A model generated the notes under the pieces. The model searched no databases. It saw only the letters and a list, made by a program, of their open reading frames with translations, and was not told the origin of the DNA. 64,000 nt of DNA from a virus: IMG/VR virus record IMGVR_UViG_3300025117_001212; one strand, written 5' to 3'. The position numbers and the translations under genes are program-made. Positions 63,901 through 64,000 of the stretch are shown here, piece after piece (the stretch's first letter is position 1; every line of letters begins with the position of its first letter).

Positions 63901-64000
63901 GGCCGATCCCTGTATTATTACAGGTATTGGGGAAACATGGACTGGAGATATTACTTTTGGCGATTGGTGGGTAATATCTAAAATTAAACATGCTTCTGAT
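60926..64000 (+). CDS. large secreted right-handed beta-helix (pectate-lyase-like) protein with extra beta-sandwich domains; 3'-truncated (not in ORF track)
   Basis: open for 1025 codons to the window end; signal peptide MARLALKFIFALALLSLPSLAFA-TDYYLS; GNDTTGDGSSGNPYAT; many I..N.. repeats. Confidence 0.85.
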   Translation, partial: MARLALKFIFALALLSLPSLAFATDYYLSNAGNDTTGDGSSGNPYATLTKMRSISPGAGTHNIYLRPGDTFTGYLDSDNWTVGSIITIREADFGGKSLAVDGKWTISGGEGSTPSGSGTAYGSHIVVGIAVNITIQNGQFISQDWFPNSKVFAVRLNRVVNYAIIDCIFDGMLGTTIDSETHYYNGALIVAYATAPGSITGNFIQYWGPPCLWATPEIPAGATDYESIDASGIALVGIKTAGASVTISGNIVYNVNGDSVVEENVTVPVTITNNIFKNFGENAIDLKGGQNNHIYANWMYRDPAFVGMGGYPIASNPRNNGVVQFLYKAPDFAQNNLVEENLIGPTDTSAFAYKDNVSNNTVRNNEIIDAKTGVYFCCSSEASTGSGVGNASYNNRYIGSTGNFVYSLGYRGEITFENETFYSDDAMGVGLYLTWFDGTFRNSIFRMNDADSEMMNLDANSAPTFEYNIWRNEYAGDQNVVVWAGHTTRDEAAQAGWNGESIADNEIFGDPGIDSSGYATEVGSAVVNSGKAPTFAVQGLRNTSVWTYGAVSVVKIGRADNGGADRGAGEFPEDEPPPPVGGADVPVGTYAFAYNADYTDDTDEAWTADGATHTSGTVAAGVEIAGAYGTAGNGVRFSVANEFIKWTISVTPDELTVWGKITPESLNSGNSTIWHLWQDGSNQIYAYYRSTGVITLRYEGQGNVVSMNSTHTISAGTEVTLGFRISSTTHCNEDATGCLSIKVGANDWENDANAVAVTAFAAGTRYFYLGESDQTTVGLTNPWHGDEWSIIDSYNAAEPDWTPADVTAPTMDARGVCSDASCTACTEDLTTSYVLGDSFRVCGELSEDSIVTESPTWAFTCGTVTIYLDYFEKKDIGGIKYLTARATVSAKSRCSNPVLAEMVGGEIKDGSGNELDRAGTAGIFTTGTITIGGKGEWSVGTFVDYDGDEYQGEYPNFTTLRASITKVDGDQYGLGIVTEPGALNLGNDDCTEADPCIITGIGETWTGDITFGDWWVISKIKHASD

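Noticed and set aside
1-64000. Stop-codon reassignment
   Set aside because: Long genes are intact under code 11; short left-arm ORFs have their own conserved starts, SDs and family C-termini, so they are not fragments
1-64000. tRNA or rRNA genes
   Set aside because: No cloverleaf with T-loop/CCA context found by eye; the 16S-like 13-mer at 20283-20295 is isolated

Overview
A 64-kb segment of a large, AT-rich tailed-phage genome (Caudoviricetes, long non-contractile tail), most likely infecting a bacterium: it has sigma70-type TTGCA(A/T)-N17-TATA(A/G/C)T promoters and GGAGG(TGA) Shine-Dalgarno (SD) sites. Back-to-back promoters at 23.65-23.73 kb split it into two arms. The left arm (minus strand, 1-23.6 kb) is dominated by about 41 short paralogous ORFs (58-115 aa) starting M-N-x-Y, mostly with an SH3/KOW-like pattern, plus decayed remnants. 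It also carries a MoxR AAA+ ATPase with a vWA/metallopeptidase partner, a DUF488-like protein, dCTP deaminase, a 5'-3' exonuclease, two candidate small RNAs exposing anti-SD sequences, and a hairpin-rich 0.8-kb non-coding region. The right arm (plus strand) is the virion module: terminase, Mu-like portal and protease, two paralogous decoration proteins, a NUMOD3 nuclease, major capsid, connectors, tail tube, duplicated tail chaperones, a 2479-aa tape measure protein carrying an intact RecB-family PD-(D/E)XK nuclease motif set, a lambda-like M/L/K/I-J tail tip and a LamG fibre. It ends in membrane/lysis-like genes and a GC-richer block of signal-peptide proteins, including a >1025-aa beta-helix protein missed by the ORF track. 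All assignments are by-eye motif recognition; no database searches were run.
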